Shown in pieces: positions 43,557 to 53,732 of a DNA stretch of 64,000 nucleotides. The notes beneath the pieces are model-generated. The model was not told where the DNA came from. It ran no database searches and saw only the letters and a list, made by a program, of their open reading frames with translations. The position numbers and the translations under genes are program-made. This DNA is from an uncultured Gemmataceae bacterium (lineage in GTDB: Bacteria > Planctomycetota > Planctomycetia > Gemmatales > Gemmataceae). The stretch is taken from assembly GCA_963750165.1 (NCBI GenBank), contig CAVVPN010000011.1, positions 2,176,001-2,240,000 on the forward strand. Reading direction: 5' to 3'. The number at the start of each line of letters is the position of its first letter. Within the stretch, counting starts at the first letter, position 1.

Positions 43557-45310
43557 ACATCGGGGTCGGTCAGAACCAGCGCGGCGGGCGCGGCGAACCA
43601 CGGCACCGCGTCGGGCCGCCGCGACGACTTTGTCGGCAGGGCGAGCAGGTGTTTTTTGGCGAGCAAGAACCACTTGCGCGTCTTTGGGTCGTCGCGCTCA
43701 CTCTGTTCCTCGGGGATCAGTTTTTCCCAGAGTTTGCGGGCGTTTTTGTTTTTGTCCTTGTCCTTGTTCTTCTCCCAACGGAGCGCCTCGACCGCGATGG
43801 TTTCGCGCTCATCGGCGGGCTTATGTTTCGGGTCCGCCAGGGTCTTTTCCAACTCGTCCACCCTGTCCAGCCGCGCCAACCGTTCCTGCGCGACCAGGGC
43901 AAATTTACGCTTATCCTCGTCGCTACTGTCCTTGTTTTTGACGAGCTTATTCCAAAGGCTGCGGGCGTCGGCGAGTTTGCCGTCATTCTCATCCTTGACG
44001 CCTTGACGGAAGATTTTCTCGTCGGCATCGAGCCCAACCTTCTCCTCTTTGCCCAGGCGAACCATCAAATGGTCCTCCAGCAGGCGCGCGTCCACCTGGT
44101 CGGCCCAGGCCTTGACCCTCTGGGTCTTCTCGTTGTCCTGGTCGCCGTAGTAGGCGAGGTAATCCTTGATCGGCCCCTCGCGGGCGTCCTTCCACAGTTC
44201 CGTGTCGTTGCTATCGATCAGCCGCTTGGCTCGTTTGTACAAGTCATCGGCATCCGGCCGCCGCAGAAATACCAGGTAAAACACAACGCCGACAAACAGC
44301 AGCAGCGTCACCAGGCCGACGACCTGGAACCAGCCCTGGCGGTAGAACGGCACCTGCTCTTCCTTCTTTTTCTTCTTGCGCAGCAGCGCCCGGGCGGCTT
44401 CCTTGTCCTCGTCGGACAGCGCCTTCTGCTCCGGCAGCCGGTCGCCGACGCGGGAGCGGGCGGCCTCCACGCCGGCGCTCTGCCGGGCCTCGACCTTTTC
44501 CTGGACGCGGCCCAGCGCTTCGCCGACGGCCGCGGCGTTCAGGGGGCGGTGCTCCGGCTTCTTGGCCAGCAGCTGATCGATGAGCGTATCCAGCCACGGC
44601 GGCACATCGACGAACTGGGCGACGCGCGGCGGCTTGACCTTGACGTGCTTGAGGAACATGTCCATCGGACTGTCCGCGATCAGCGGCTTGCGGCCCGTCA
44701 GCAGTTCGAAGAACATGACGCCCATCGAATACAGGTCGGACTTGTGCGTCAGGTCGCGTTCGCCCTTGCACTGCTCCGGCGACATGTACGAGGCGGTGCC
44801 GACGGTGCAGTTGGCCTCCGTCAGCGCGGTCACGTCCAGGTCCTTGGCGATGCCGAAGTCCGTCAGCTTGACGGTGTCGTCGGGCAGCACCATGATGTTG
44901 GACGGCTTGAGGTCGCGGTGGACGATGCCCTGGTTGTGGGCGTGCTGCAGCGCGGCGCAGAGCTGCTGGCCGAGCGTGACCAAATGTTCCCAGCTAATGC
45001 GGTCGCGGCGGGCCATGACGCGGTCGAGCGATTCGCCCTCGACGTACTCCATCGCGTAAAAGGGCATGCCGTTGAACTTGCCGGTGGCGACGAGCTTGAC
45101 GATGTTGGGATGCTTGAGCTGTTTGAGGATGGCCGACTCGCGCTTGAAGCGGAGCATGGCGGTCTCGTTGGCGGCGAGGTTGGGCGAGACCACCTTGATG
45201 GCGACGTGCTGGCCCGTCTCATCGTGGCGGGCGCGGTAGACGGCGCCCATGGCGCCGGCGCCGATCTCCTTTTCGACCAGGAACGGCCCGATTTTTTGTC
45301 CGACCAGCAT
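43481..45310 (-). CDS. Membrane Ser/Thr protein kinase (Hanks type); 3' end uncertain, overlaps hemL start
   Basis: [45 protein letters not shown] helix, helical extracytoplasmic part. Confidence 0.92.
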   Translation of the reverse strand: MLVGQKIGPFLVEKEIGAGAMGAVYRARHDETGQHVAIKVVSPNLAANETAMLRFKRESAILKQLKHPNIVKLVATGKFNGMPFYAMEYVEGESLDRVMARRDRISWEHLVTLGQQLCAALQHAHNQGIVHRDLKPSNIMVLPDDTVKLTDFGIAKDLDVTALTEANCTVGTASYMSPEQCKGERDLTHKSDLYSMGVMFFELLTGRKPLIADSPMDMFLKHVKVKPPRVAQFVDVPPWLDTLIDQLLAKKPEHRPLNAAAVGEALGRVQEKVEARQSAGVEAARSRVGDRLPEQKALSDEDKEAARALLRKKKKKEEQVPFYRQGWFQVVGLVTLLLFVGVVFYLVFLRRPDADDLYKRAKRLIDSNDTELWKDAREGPIKDYLAYYGDQDNEKTQRVKAWADQVDARLLEDHLMVRLGKEEKVGLDADEKIFRQGVKDENDGKLADARSLWNKLVKNKDSSDEDKRKFALVAQERLARLDRVDELEKTLADPKHKPADERETIAVEALRWEKNKDKDKNKNARKLWEKLIPEEQSERDDPKTRKWFLLAKKHLLALPTKSSRRPDAVPWFAAPAALVLTDPDVWRRTPCPPHHPVSAAGRRSPAPVT

Positions 45311-45341
45311 GGGGGGAACCTCGCCGTGCGAAAACTCACGT

Positions 45342-45443
45342 TATTGCAGATTGCGAATGGGTGTAGCGGAAGTCGCCAGACTTCCGAGCAGCACCGGACG
45401 GAAGTCTGGCGACTTCCGCTACACCCAAACGCAAATCGCTCTA
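45342..45443. mobile_element. TA-targeting palindromic mini-element, copy B
   Basis: 98 bp flanked by TA (45342-43) and TA (45442-43); inserted at the stop codon of the 45441..45740 gene. Confidence 0.88.
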
Positions 45444-45740
45444 GAACCGCTTCGACTGAATCTTGTCGCTGTACAGTTCGCGATCTGCCTCCTGGCGCTC
45501 ACGCAGTTCCTCCGCCTCCTTCTCGGCGGCCACCTGCTGGGTCAGGGCCTGGCCCCACAGCACGTAGTGCAGAAAGCCCACCGCGGCCATGATGGCCACG
45601 GTCACGACGACGTAGAGGAAGAAGCCGCCGCTGGCGTAGATCAGGAAGAACAAAAAACCGCCGCCGAACAGCGCCACCAGCGCGAAGGTCAGCAAGCTGC
45701 CGCGCTGCTGTTGCTCGGGTGTGGGATCCTTGGGGTGCAT
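45441..45740 (-). CDS. Small two-TM membrane protein
   Basis: Two hydrophobic helices, FLHYVLWG, charged tail. Confidence 0.7.
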   Translation of the reverse strand: MHPKDPTPEQQQRGSLLTFALVALFGGGFLFFLIYASGGFFLYVVVTVAIMAAVGFLHYVLWGQALTQQVAAEKEAEELRERQEADRELYSDKIQSKRF

Positions 45741-45857
45741 GGTATCGCCTCCGGTTGGGCGCCGCGACCGCGGCGCGGTCTATTCTGGCCAGGGCGTTCA
45801 ATTCATTGTATCGTGCTCACAGGAGATTTCCCGTCCGCCGCCCGCACGGAACCCGCC

Positions 45858-47507
45858 ATGACGCACCGCAACCTCGCCGCTGCCCTCCACGCTCAGGCCG
45901 AGCGCCTCGGGCCGCGCACCGCCCTCCGTTACAAACACCACGGCCTCTACCACGACCTCTCCTGGCAGGAGTACCGCGCTGCCGCGCTGGCCTGCGCCGC
46001 CAGCCTGCTGGAAGCGGGCGTCCGGCCGGGCGACCGCGTTGGTGTCTGGGCGGAGAACAGTGTCGATTGGCTGATCGCGGACATGGGCCTGCTCACCGCC
46101 GGCGCCGTCAACGTACCGCCGCACGCGCCGCTGTCGGCCCGCCAGGTCCATTACGAACTGGCCGACGCCGGGGTGCGCTGGCTGTTCGTGTCCAACCAGG
46201 AGCAACTGCAAAAAATCCGTCAAATCCGCGGCGAACTGCCGGAACTGCACGGCGTCATCGTCTTCGACCAGGCGATTAGCACGGACGAGGCCCAGGGCTG
46301 GGCCGGCTTCCTGCAGCGCGGCCGGCTGGCGCTGTGCAAGCGCGGCGCCGAGTTGGAGCGCATCGAGGCGCAGTTGGGGCCGGACGATCTGGCGACGGTC
46401 ATTTACACATCGGGCACGACCGGCAAGCCCAAGGGCGTGATGCTGACGCACGGCAACCTGCTCAGCAACGCGGAGGCGACCGAGGCGGCGACGCACCGGC
46501 CGCCGGAGTCCGTGCTGCTCAGCTGGCTGCCGTTCAGCCACATCTACGCCCGCACGCTCGATCACTACCTCAGCATCATCGCCGGCGTCACGCTCTGTCT
46601 GGCCGAGTCCGCCGAAACGGTCGTGCAGAACCTCGCGGAGGTCCAGCCGACGCACCTGTCCGCGGTGCCGCGCTTCTACGAGAAAGTGTACGCCGCCGTC
46701 GCCGCGCTGCCGCCGGAGGACCGTGGCCGCCGTCTGCGTGCCCTCTTCGGCCCGCGCATGGAATATCTGAACTCCGGCGGCGCTCCGTTGCCGCCGGCGG
46801 TTGCCCGGGCGTACAAGGATGCGGGCCTGCTGGTGTTGCAGGGCTACGGCCTGACGGAGAGTTCGCCGGTCATCAGTTTCAACCGCCGCGAGCATTACAA
46901 GCTGGAGACGGTTGGCCAGGCGCTGCCGGGCGTCGAGGTGGCGGTGGCGCCGGACGGCGAGGTGCTGACGCGCGGGCCGCACGTCATGAAGGGCTACTGG
47001 AACAATCCGCAGGCGACCGCCGAGGCCCTCCGCGGTGGCTGGCTGCACACCGGCGACCTCGGCAGCCTCGACGCCGAAGGGTTTCTGACCATCACGGGCC
47101 GCAAGAAGGAACTGATGGTGCTGTCGAACGGCAAGAAGGTGGTGCCGTCGTACCTGGAAGGATTGCTGCTGGCGGATCCGTGCATCGACCAGGCGGCGGT
47201 TTACGGCGAGGGCAAGAATTTCTTGACGGCGATCATCGTGCCGCAGTGGGAGCAGGTGCGCAAGGTCATGGGTGTGCAGGGGGACGAGGAGCAGCTGGCC
47301 GCGAACCCGGCGGTGCAGGCGCTGCTACAGAAGCGCATCGCGGCGGCGCTGAAGGACGTGTCGAACTGGGAACAGATCAAGAAGTTCATGGTGCGCGCCC
47401 GGCCGTTCAGCGTCGGCTCGGAGGAGTTGACCGTCAGCCTGAAACTGCGGCGCAACGTCGTGTTCGAGCGGCACCGGGCGGACCTGGAAGCGCTGTATCG
47501 GGAGTAG
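45858..47507 (+). CDS. Long-chain fatty acid--CoA ligase (AMP-binding)
   Basis: YTSGTTGKPKGV, QGYGLTE, GWLHTGDLG, ITGRKKEL, ELTVSLKLRR. Confidence 0.93.
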   Translation: MTHRNLAAALHAQAERLGPRTALRYKHHGLYHDLSWQEYRAAALACAASLLEAGVRPGDRVGVWAENSVDWLIADMGLLTAGAVNVPPHAPLSARQVHYELADAGVRWLFVSNQEQLQKIRQIRGELPELHGVIVFDQAISTDEAQGWAGFLQRGRLALCKRGAELERIEAQLGPDDLATVIYTSGTTGKPKGVMLTHGNLLSNAEATEAATHRPPESVLLSWLPFSHIYARTLDHYLSIIAGVTLCLAESAETVVQNLAEVQPTHLSAVPRFYEKVYAAVAALPPEDRGRRLRALFGPRMEYLNSGGAPLPPAVARAYKDAGLLVLQGYGLTESSPVISFNRREHYKLETVGQALPGVEVAVAPDGEVLTRGPHVMKGYWNNPQATAEALRGGWLHTGDLGSLDAEGFLTITGRKKELMVLSNGKKVVPSYLEGLLLADPCIDQAAVYGEGKNFLTAIIVPQWEQVRKVMGVQGDEEQLAANPAVQALLQKRIAAALKDVSNWEQIKKFMVRARPFSVGSEELTVSLKLRRNVVFERHRADLEALYRE

Positions 47508-47583
47508 TCATTAGTCATTAGTCATAAGCGTTGCAGCCAGAAGCAGGACGCTTGTAACTAATGACTAATGACTACTGACTACT
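47505..47583. repeat. Inverted heptamer tandem repeats (TAGTCAT) between convergent genes
   Basis: (TAGTCAT)x3 ... ACTAATG ACTAATG ACTACTG ACTA. Confidence 0.85.
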
Positions 47584-47584
47584 A

Positions 47585-48190
47585 TCACAAAATGCCGGCG
47601 CCGAAATTATTGTTGTCGGCACGCTGGTCGTCGCGGGCGCTGACGGGCCGCGGGCTCTCGTGGCCCTGGGTGTGGGTGCCGCCGCGCTGGCCGTGCGGCG
47701 CGTGCGTGCGGTAGCCCTCCGGCCGTGGGCTGTTCAGTTCGCCGACCACCGTGGTGAAACTGTCCTCGAATTCGCCGCCGTCGTAGTCGTCGTAGCTGCA
47801 AACGTAGCCGGGTTGCTTGGCGCGTTCCCGTTCCTCCTGGAAGGCGCGGAGCACCGCCGTCTGGATGACCTCACGGCAGGCGGAATTGATCGGGTGCGCG
47901 ATGTCGGCGTGCAGCTTGGCCCGGCCGTCGGCGTCGCGCGTGGCCCGGTCCTCGTCGAGCTTGTGGCCGCACTGGTTGCAGTAGCGGGCCCGCAGATGGT
48001 TCTTGCAGCCACACTGGTGGCAGCGGTCGGTGAGCTTGCGGCTCGGCATGGCCACAAACGAGCCCTTCGTGCCCTCAATGATCTTCAGGTCGCGCACGAC
48101 GAACGCATCGTCGAACGTGACCGAGCAGAAGGCCTGGAGGCGCTCGTTGTTGTCTTCCATGAGCTTGATCCGGACTTCGGTGATCACCAC
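47585..48190 (-). CDS. spoVG: SpoVG family protein with zinc-ribbon insertion
   Basis: ITEVRIKL, SVTFDDAFVVRDLKIIEG..FVAMPSRK, CHQC..CNQC insert, DIAHPIN. Confidence 0.9.
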   Translation of the reverse strand: MVITEVRIKLMEDNNERLQAFCSVTFDDAFVVRDLKIIEGTKGSFVAMPSRKLTDRCHQCGCKNHLRARYCNQCGHKLDEDRATRDADGRAKLHADIAHPINSACREVIQTAVLRAFQEERERAKQPGYVCSYDDYDGGEFEDSFTTVVGELNSPRPEGYRTHAPHGQRGGTHTQGHESPRPVSARDDQRADNNNFGAGIL

Positions 48191-48296
48191 AGCTGTTCTC
48201 CTTTTTTTCTGTGGCACTATCCAGGTGGAAGCAGGCGTCCCCCGTCCTCAAGGGCTCGCCTACCCCCCTCGTCGGCGCCGGGTGCCTCCCGCCGGC

Positions 48297-49181
48297 CTAC
48301 GAGCAACTCCGCACCAGGTAGATCCGTGTACGCTCTTGTCCGTCCGCGGACTGACGCAGTTCCTGCGCGAGCCGCTGGGCCTCGCGCCGATCCCGACACA
48401 GGGCGAACAGGCTGCTGCCACTGCCGCTCATCAACTGGCCCGCCGGCCGCAGCGCCGCCAGGCGGGCGTACTCTTCCCCGATCCGCGGGCACAACGCCTC
48501 GGCCACGGGTTGCAACCGGTTGTGCAGCCGGCGGCCGATTTCCTCCGGGTCGCCCCGTCCCAGCGCCACCAGGATGCTGGCGCCGCTCTGCGGCTGGGCG
48601 GGCACGGTCAGAGTTCGATACACGTCCGCGGTGGCCAGGCCGACCGGCGGGCACACGAGCACGAACCATTGTTGTCGGGCCAACGGCACCGCTCGCGTCT
48701 GTTCGCCGCGGCCCGTACACCAGGCGGCCGGCGTGGCGAAGAAGAACGGGATGTCGCTGCCGAGCTGGGCGGCCAACCCGGCCAGTTCCGACGGCGGCAG
48801 TCCCAGGCCCCACAGGGCGTTCAGCCCGGCCAGGGTCGCCGCGGCGTCCGTCGAGCCTCCCGCCAGCCCGGCCGCCATCGGGATGCGCTTCACCAACCGG
48901 ATATCGGCCCCGCGCGCACTCGGAGCGTGCTGCTGCAACAGCCGCGCGGCGCGCACGATCAAATTGTCGGGGCCGGTGGAGAGGTCCCGGACATCGCAGC
49001 GCAGGTGGAGTTCCGGCGTCGGCACTTCGCGGAACACCAGCGTGTCGAACAGGCTGACCGCGACCAGGAGCGTTTCCAGCTCGTGGTAACCGTCCGGCCG
49101 TTTCGCCAGCACTTCCAGATAGAGATTCACCTTGGCCGGCGCCCAGACCACCACGTCGTTCACGTAGCGCGTGATCAGCAT
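48297..49181 (-). CDS. ispE: 4-diphosphocytidyl-2-C-methyl-D-erythritol kinase
   Basis: APAKVNLYL, DGYHELET, KRIPMAAGLAGGSTDAA, LGSDIPFF, GRGE, MSGSGS. Confidence 0.96.
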   Translation of the reverse strand: MLITRYVNDVVVWAPAKVNLYLEVLAKRPDGYHELETLLVAVSLFDTLVFREVPTPELHLRCDVRDLSTGPDNLIVRAARLLQQHAPSARGADIRLVKRIPMAAGLAGGSTDAAATLAGLNALWGLGLPPSELAGLAAQLGSDIPFFFATPAAWCTGRGEQTRAVPLARQQWFVLVCPPVGLATADVYRTLTVPAQPQSGASILVALGRGDPEEIGRRLHNRLQPVAEALCPRIGEEYARLAALRPAGQLMSGSGSSLFALCRDRREAQRLAQELRQSADGQERTRIYLVRSCS

Positions 49182-49436
49182 GGGGGTAGGTGCGGGAGGG
49201 GAAGGGAACCCCATCCGTGGGAACAAACAATCATACCCGATGAAATTCCTTTTTCTACGGGAGTGGGCCACGCTGGAAGGCAGGCCCGTGTACCCAAGGT
49301 GCGTGATCTCAGAAGTAGAGCGGGGATATTACCCCACGGAGGGCCGGGGCGTCAAGGGGGCTCTGCCACAGGTTTCGCACTTTTCGCGCAATTTCTTCCC
49401 CGTGCCGTCATGGGCCAGGGTCCGCACAATACAGGA

Positions 49437-49520
49437 AAGTGTTCAGTGTTCAGTCATCAATCCTGACTGCAAAACGGGTTCCGACGTGGTGTCTTCACTG
49501 AACACGGAAAACTGAACACT
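49437..49520. repeat. Inverted heptamer repeats (AGTGTTC)
   Basis: AGTGTTCAGTGTTCAGT ... ACTGAACACGGAAAACTGAACACT. Confidence 0.75.
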
Positions 49521-49534
49521 CAACTGGAGGTTGC

Positions 49535-50767
49535 ATGTTCGTCACTCACCTCGAAAGCGCCCTCGACGGCACGCGCTTCGCCGCCGGCCAGGTCCACACT
49601 GTTCACCAGGGCCGGCCGCTCTGGGTTCGCTACGACCTCGACCGCGTCCGTGCCACCGTCCGCCCCGCGGACTTCGCCGCCCGACCGCCGTCGCTGTGGC
49701 GCTACCGCGAACTGCTGCCACTGCCCCAGGACGCCGAGCCCGTCACGCTCGGCGAAGGCCTGTCGCCGCTGCTGCCGTGCCCGCGCCTGGGACGCGAACT
49801 CGGGTTGTCGCGCCTGCTCATCAAGGACGAGTCGCAGTTGCCGACCGGAAGCTTCAAGAGCCGTGGCATGGCGGCGGCCGTCAGCATGGCGAAGCACTTC
49901 GACCTGAAACGCCTGGCGGTGCCGACCGCGGGCAACGCCGGCGGTGCCCTCGCCGCCTACGGGGCGCGCGCCGGCCTGGAGGTGTACGTCTTCATGCCCG
50001 AGGACACGCCGCGCATCAACCAGATTGAGGCGTACCTCTGCGGCGCCCACGTGTTCCTGGTCAACGGCCTCATCAACGACTGCGGCCGCCTGGTGCGCGA
50101 GGGCACCGAGCCGATGGGCTGGTTCGACATGTCCACGCTCAAGGAGCCGTACCGCCTGGAGGGCAAGAAGACGATGGGCCTGGAGATCGCGGAGCAACTC
50201 GGCTGGCGGCTGCCGGACGTGATCCTGTATCCGACCGGCGGCGGCACCGGCCTGATCGGCATGTGGAAAGCGTTCGCCGAACTGAAGGAACTCGGCTGGC
50301 TCCGGTCGGACCAACTGCCGCGGTTGATTTCGTGTCAGAGCGCCGGCTGTGCGCCGATTGTGCGGGCGTTCGAGAAGGGCGAGCGCTTCGCGGAGCTGTT
50401 CCCGAACGCACACACCGTGGCCAGTGGGCTGCGCGTGCCGGCGGCGGTCGGCGACTTCATGATGCTGGACGCGATTCGCGAAAGCGGCGGCCTGGCGCTG
50501 GCCGGCCGCGAGGGCAGCATCCTCGACTGGATGCGCCGCGTGGCGGCGCTGGAGGGCATCGCCATCTGCCCGGAGACGGCGGTGTGCTTCGACTGCCTGG
50601 CACAGCTGCGGGCGGCGGGACAGGTCCGCGCGGACGAGGAGGTCATCGTGTTCAACACGGGAGCGGCCCAAAAATACCCGGAGGCAGTGCCGGTGCAACT
50701 GTCGCGCCTCGACAAGGATAGGCCGATTGATTACGCAGCACTGGCTGCACCCTCCACCGGTTCGTGA
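49535..50767 (+). CDS. thrC: Threonine synthase (PLP)
   Basis: LWRYRELLP, VTLGEG, PTGSFKSRG, PTAGNAG, PYRLEGKKT, YPTGGGTG, FNTG. Confidence 0.88.
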   Translation: MFVTHLESALDGTRFAAGQVHTVHQGRPLWVRYDLDRVRATVRPADFAARPPSLWRYRELLPLPQDAEPVTLGEGLSPLLPCPRLGRELGLSRLLIKDESQLPTGSFKSRGMAAAVSMAKHFDLKRLAVPTAGNAGGALAAYGARAGLEVYVFMPEDTPRINQIEAYLCGAHVFLVNGLINDCGRLVREGTEPMGWFDMSTLKEPYRLEGKKTMGLEIAEQLGWRLPDVILYPTGGGTGLIGMWKAFAELKELGWLRSDQLPRLISCQSAGCAPIVRAFEKGERFAELFPNAHTVASGLRVPAAVGDFMMLDAIRESGGLALAGREGSILDWMRRVAALEGIAICPETAVCFDCLAQLRAAGQVRADEEVIVFNTGAAQKYPEAVPVQLSRLDKDRPIDYAALAAPSTGS

Positions 50768-50803
50768 GGACTCAGCGGGGCATCGTCTGGCGTGGGTTGT
50801 CGC

Positions 50804-50853
50804 AGCAAGGGGGCCAAGGAGGCCAAGGGGGCCAACATTTTCACACGTCGAGA
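50804..50853 (-). repeat. Dispersed motif copy 5 of 6
   Basis: Reverse complement TCTCGACGTGTGAAAATGTTGGC CCCCTTGGC CTCCTTGGC CCCCTTGCT. Confidence 0.9.
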
Positions 50854-50966
50854 GTTATTATTCCTGGGGCAGCGCGGCGCCGTGCGAGAGTTGCTTGACC
50901 GGGCCGCGGAAACGTTTTAAGATCAAACCATATTGGTGCGCACATCAGCCCCTGGAGGACTTGCCA

Positions 50967-52146
50967 ATGCGAAGGTTGCAACGGTTCACCTTACTGGCCG
51001 CTCTGGCGGCGCTGACGGCGCTGCTGGGTCCGGCGAGCGCCTCGGCTCAGCCGGAGAAGCCCAAGGCTGTGGAATTCGTCACGGCCGACGGCGTTGAGCT
51101 GCACGGGACTTTCTACCCCAGCAGCAAGGCCAAGGCACGCACGGTTTTGATGTTGCACGACTTTGGCGAGCACAGCCGCAAGGCCGACTGGGTGCGGCTG
51201 GCCAAGTCGCTGCAGGCCAAGGGCTACGCGGTACTGACCTTCGACTTCCGGGGCCACGGCGAGAGCACCAAGGTGACCAAGCCGGGCATCTACGATGTCA
51301 ACCCGGCACTGGCATCCCCGGGCTTCTGGGACAAGCAGGAAAATCAGTTCGGCATCAGGGGGTACATGGCCAACAATCCCAAAAAACCTCGGCCGACCGA
51401 GATCGAATTCACGCAATTCACGCCGACCTATCACCGTATCCTGGTCAACGACATCGCCGCCGCCAAGGCCTACCTCGATCAGCTGAACGACAACGGCGAG
51501 TGCAACTCCGGCGACCTCGTGCTGCTGGGCGCCCGCGAAGGGGCGACGCTGGGAGCCATCTGGTTGAACTCGGAGTGGCATCGCTTCAAGTGGCTGCCGC
51601 CGCAGCCCGGCCTGCCCAACGGCGGACTCGACCTGCAAAACCCGGAAGGCCAGGCCGTCGTCGCCGCCGTCTGGTTGAGCCTCACGGACCAGATGGCCGG
51701 CCCCAAGGACAAAACCCCCTACCGGGTTAGCCCCGTCGGTATCCTGTACGAGCCGGGCAAGAAACGCACGACCCCGATGGTCTTCTTCTACGGCGACGGG
51801 GACACCAAGGGCAAAGCGCTGGCGGTGCAATGCGAGAAGGCGATCCGGGGCAACGATAAGAAGAATTACCCCTTCACCGGTGCCGTCAAGGTGGGTGGGG
51901 CGCAACGCGCAGGCCGGCATGGGGCTGCTGTCCCAGTCGCTGAAGACGGACAAGGAAATCCTCACATACCTGGAGAACGCGCTGGAAGGCAAGTCGGTGC
52001 CGGTCAAGACGCGCATCAACACTCAGGACAGCTACATGTGGCAGACCGTGGTCAACGGTCAGGTGCAGCGGGCGGTGGCCCGGCAACAGGGGCTGACCAT
52101 CCCGAACTTCATCAGCTACCAGTACTTCACCGGCACCACGCGCTAA
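50967..52146 (+). CDS. Secreted alpha/beta-hydrolase-fold protein lacking the nucleophile Ser (frameshift near 51905)
   Basis: Signal peptide, TADGVELHG, VLMLH, GYAVLTFDFRGHGES; elbow reads LLGAREGA. Confidence 0.75.
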
Positions 52147-52165
52147 TCCCGCCGCCCCTGGCTCC

Positions 52166-52200
52166 GACCCACCCGCGACGCCGCGGGTGGGTCTTTTTGT
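52166..52200 (+). terminator. Rho-independent terminator
   Basis: GACCCACCCGCG-ACGC-CGCGGGTGGGTC-TTTTT. Confidence 0.8.
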
Positions 52201-52235
52201 TCCCCGCCTGGCCGGAGTGCCAAGGAGTCCGCGCC

Positions 52236-52818
52236 ATGAACCGCGCCGCCGCCTTCGCCCTGTTGTGCGAGTACGTGCAAGACCTGAGCCTGCGCCGCCA
52301 CATGCAGAGCGTCGAGGCGGCCATGCGCGCCTACGCCCGCAAGCTCGGCGAAGACGAGGAGAAGTGGGGTGTCGTCGGTCTGCTGCACGACTTCGACTAC
52401 GAGCGCTGGCCCGACCCGCCGGACCACCCGCTCAGGGGCAGCGAAATTCTGCGCGAACGCGGCTACCCCGACGACGTGCGCTACGCCATCTGTTCCCATG
52501 CCGACTACCTGCCCGACTACCCGCGCGTCCACCTGCTGGACCAGGCGCTCTACGCCTGTGACGAGCTGGCGGGGCTGATCACCGCGGCGGCGCTGGTGCG
52601 GCCGCACGGCATCACCGACCTGACCGCCGCCAGCGTCAAGAAGAAGATGAAGTCGAAAGGCTTCGCCCGCAACGTCAAGCGCGAGGACATCGACCGCGGT
52701 GCAGGCTGACTTCGGCGTCGAACTGACAGAGCACATCCAGTTCGTCATCGACGCCATGAAACCGCTGGCCGCCGAGCTGGGCCTGGAGCGCGGCGCTGGC
52801 GGCCCGGACGAGGGCTGA
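52236..52818 (+). CDS. HD (HDIG) domain metal-dependent hydrolase (frameshift near 52703)
   Basis: LRRH..VEAAMR, GLLHDFDYE, H, ACDELAGLI, KGFARNVKRED, EHIQFVIDAM. Confidence 0.88.
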
Positions 52819-53184
52819 CCGGCCGGCCGAAAGTAGGATCCAAGGAGAATGCAGGAAAAATCCAGTTCGCGGCCGTTTTTCCTTGACGAAGCGTGTGGGA
52901 CCGCATAAGTTCCACCATACCTCTTCCCTCGCTATTCCCAAGGTCGGGCTCATGAAGTCGCCCCGGGTACGCCTGGAACCGCAACGCACGGACGTGGTCA
53001 GCCGGGAACGGTTCGGGAGGCGGAAAAACGCCTGATCCCTTTCTCATCTAATTCTCATGGCCTTGTCCTATGCTCTGGGGTAGTGAACGGAACGGGCGAG
53101 GCGCGACGAATCAACGGAGACAATTCCCGGTACGGGACCGGGATGGCGGGTGCTTTGTTGTGTGACACAACAAAAGGAGCAACC

Positions 53185-53628
53185 ATGAAGAAGTTCGTGT
53201 GCGCGGCGGTGGTGGCCTGCGTGGCGTTCTGCCTGGCTCAGGCAGATGAGTTCACGGCGGTGATCACCAAGGTCCAGGACGGCAAGGTGACGTTCAAGAA
53301 GTTCAAGGGCTTCAACAAGGAAGAGAAGAAGGTCGATCTCGGCGACGAGACGACCCTGCCGGCCACCAGCACGGTCAAGGTGACCAAGGGTAAGTTCGAC
53401 AAGGACACCAAGAAGGTGGATTACACGGCCGTCGAGGGCGGCCTGTCGAACGAGATGTTCAAGAACATCGGTGAGGCCAAGAAGGGCAAGGGCAAGGGCA
53501 AGGGCAAGGGCGGCTTCAACGTCGGCGGCATGATGGCCACCATCGTCACCGACTCCAGCAACAAGAACATCACCGAAATCAAGATCGGCGGCGGCGGCTT
53601 CTTCGGCAAAAAGAAGAAGGACCAGTAA
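53185..53628 (+). CDS. Secreted Lys/Gly-rich hypothetical protein
   Basis: AAGGAG RBS, signal peptide ..AQA-DEF, KGKGKGKGKG tract. Confidence 0.8.
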   Translation: MKKFVCAAVVACVAFCLAQADEFTAVITKVQDGKVTFKKFKGFNKEEKKVDLGDETTLPATSTVKVTKGKFDKDTKKVDYTAVEGGLSNEMFKNIGEAKKGKGKGKGKGGFNVGGMMATIVTDSSNKNITEIKIGGGGFFGKKKKDQ

Positions 53629-53647
53629 TCCTTCCGCGTCGGCAACC

Positions 53648-53680
53648 AGGCACCTCCGCGCACGCGGGGGTGCCTTTTTT
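53648..53680 (+). terminator. Rho-independent terminator
   Basis: AGGCACCTCCGCG-CA-CGCGGGGGTGCCT-TTTTT. Confidence 0.8.
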
Positions 53681-53732
53681 CTTGCGGCTCCCGCGCGACT
53701 GGTCATCATCTTACCAATCGGTTTGTGTGATG

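Noticed and set aside
50727..52709. Hydrolase-HD fusion (660 aa in the ORF track), and likewise the ADH-PhnZ fusion at 61924..63747
   Set aside because: Both arise from frameshifts. The first pair is separated by a stop and a terminator, and the second has its own stop and start once the frame is corrected.
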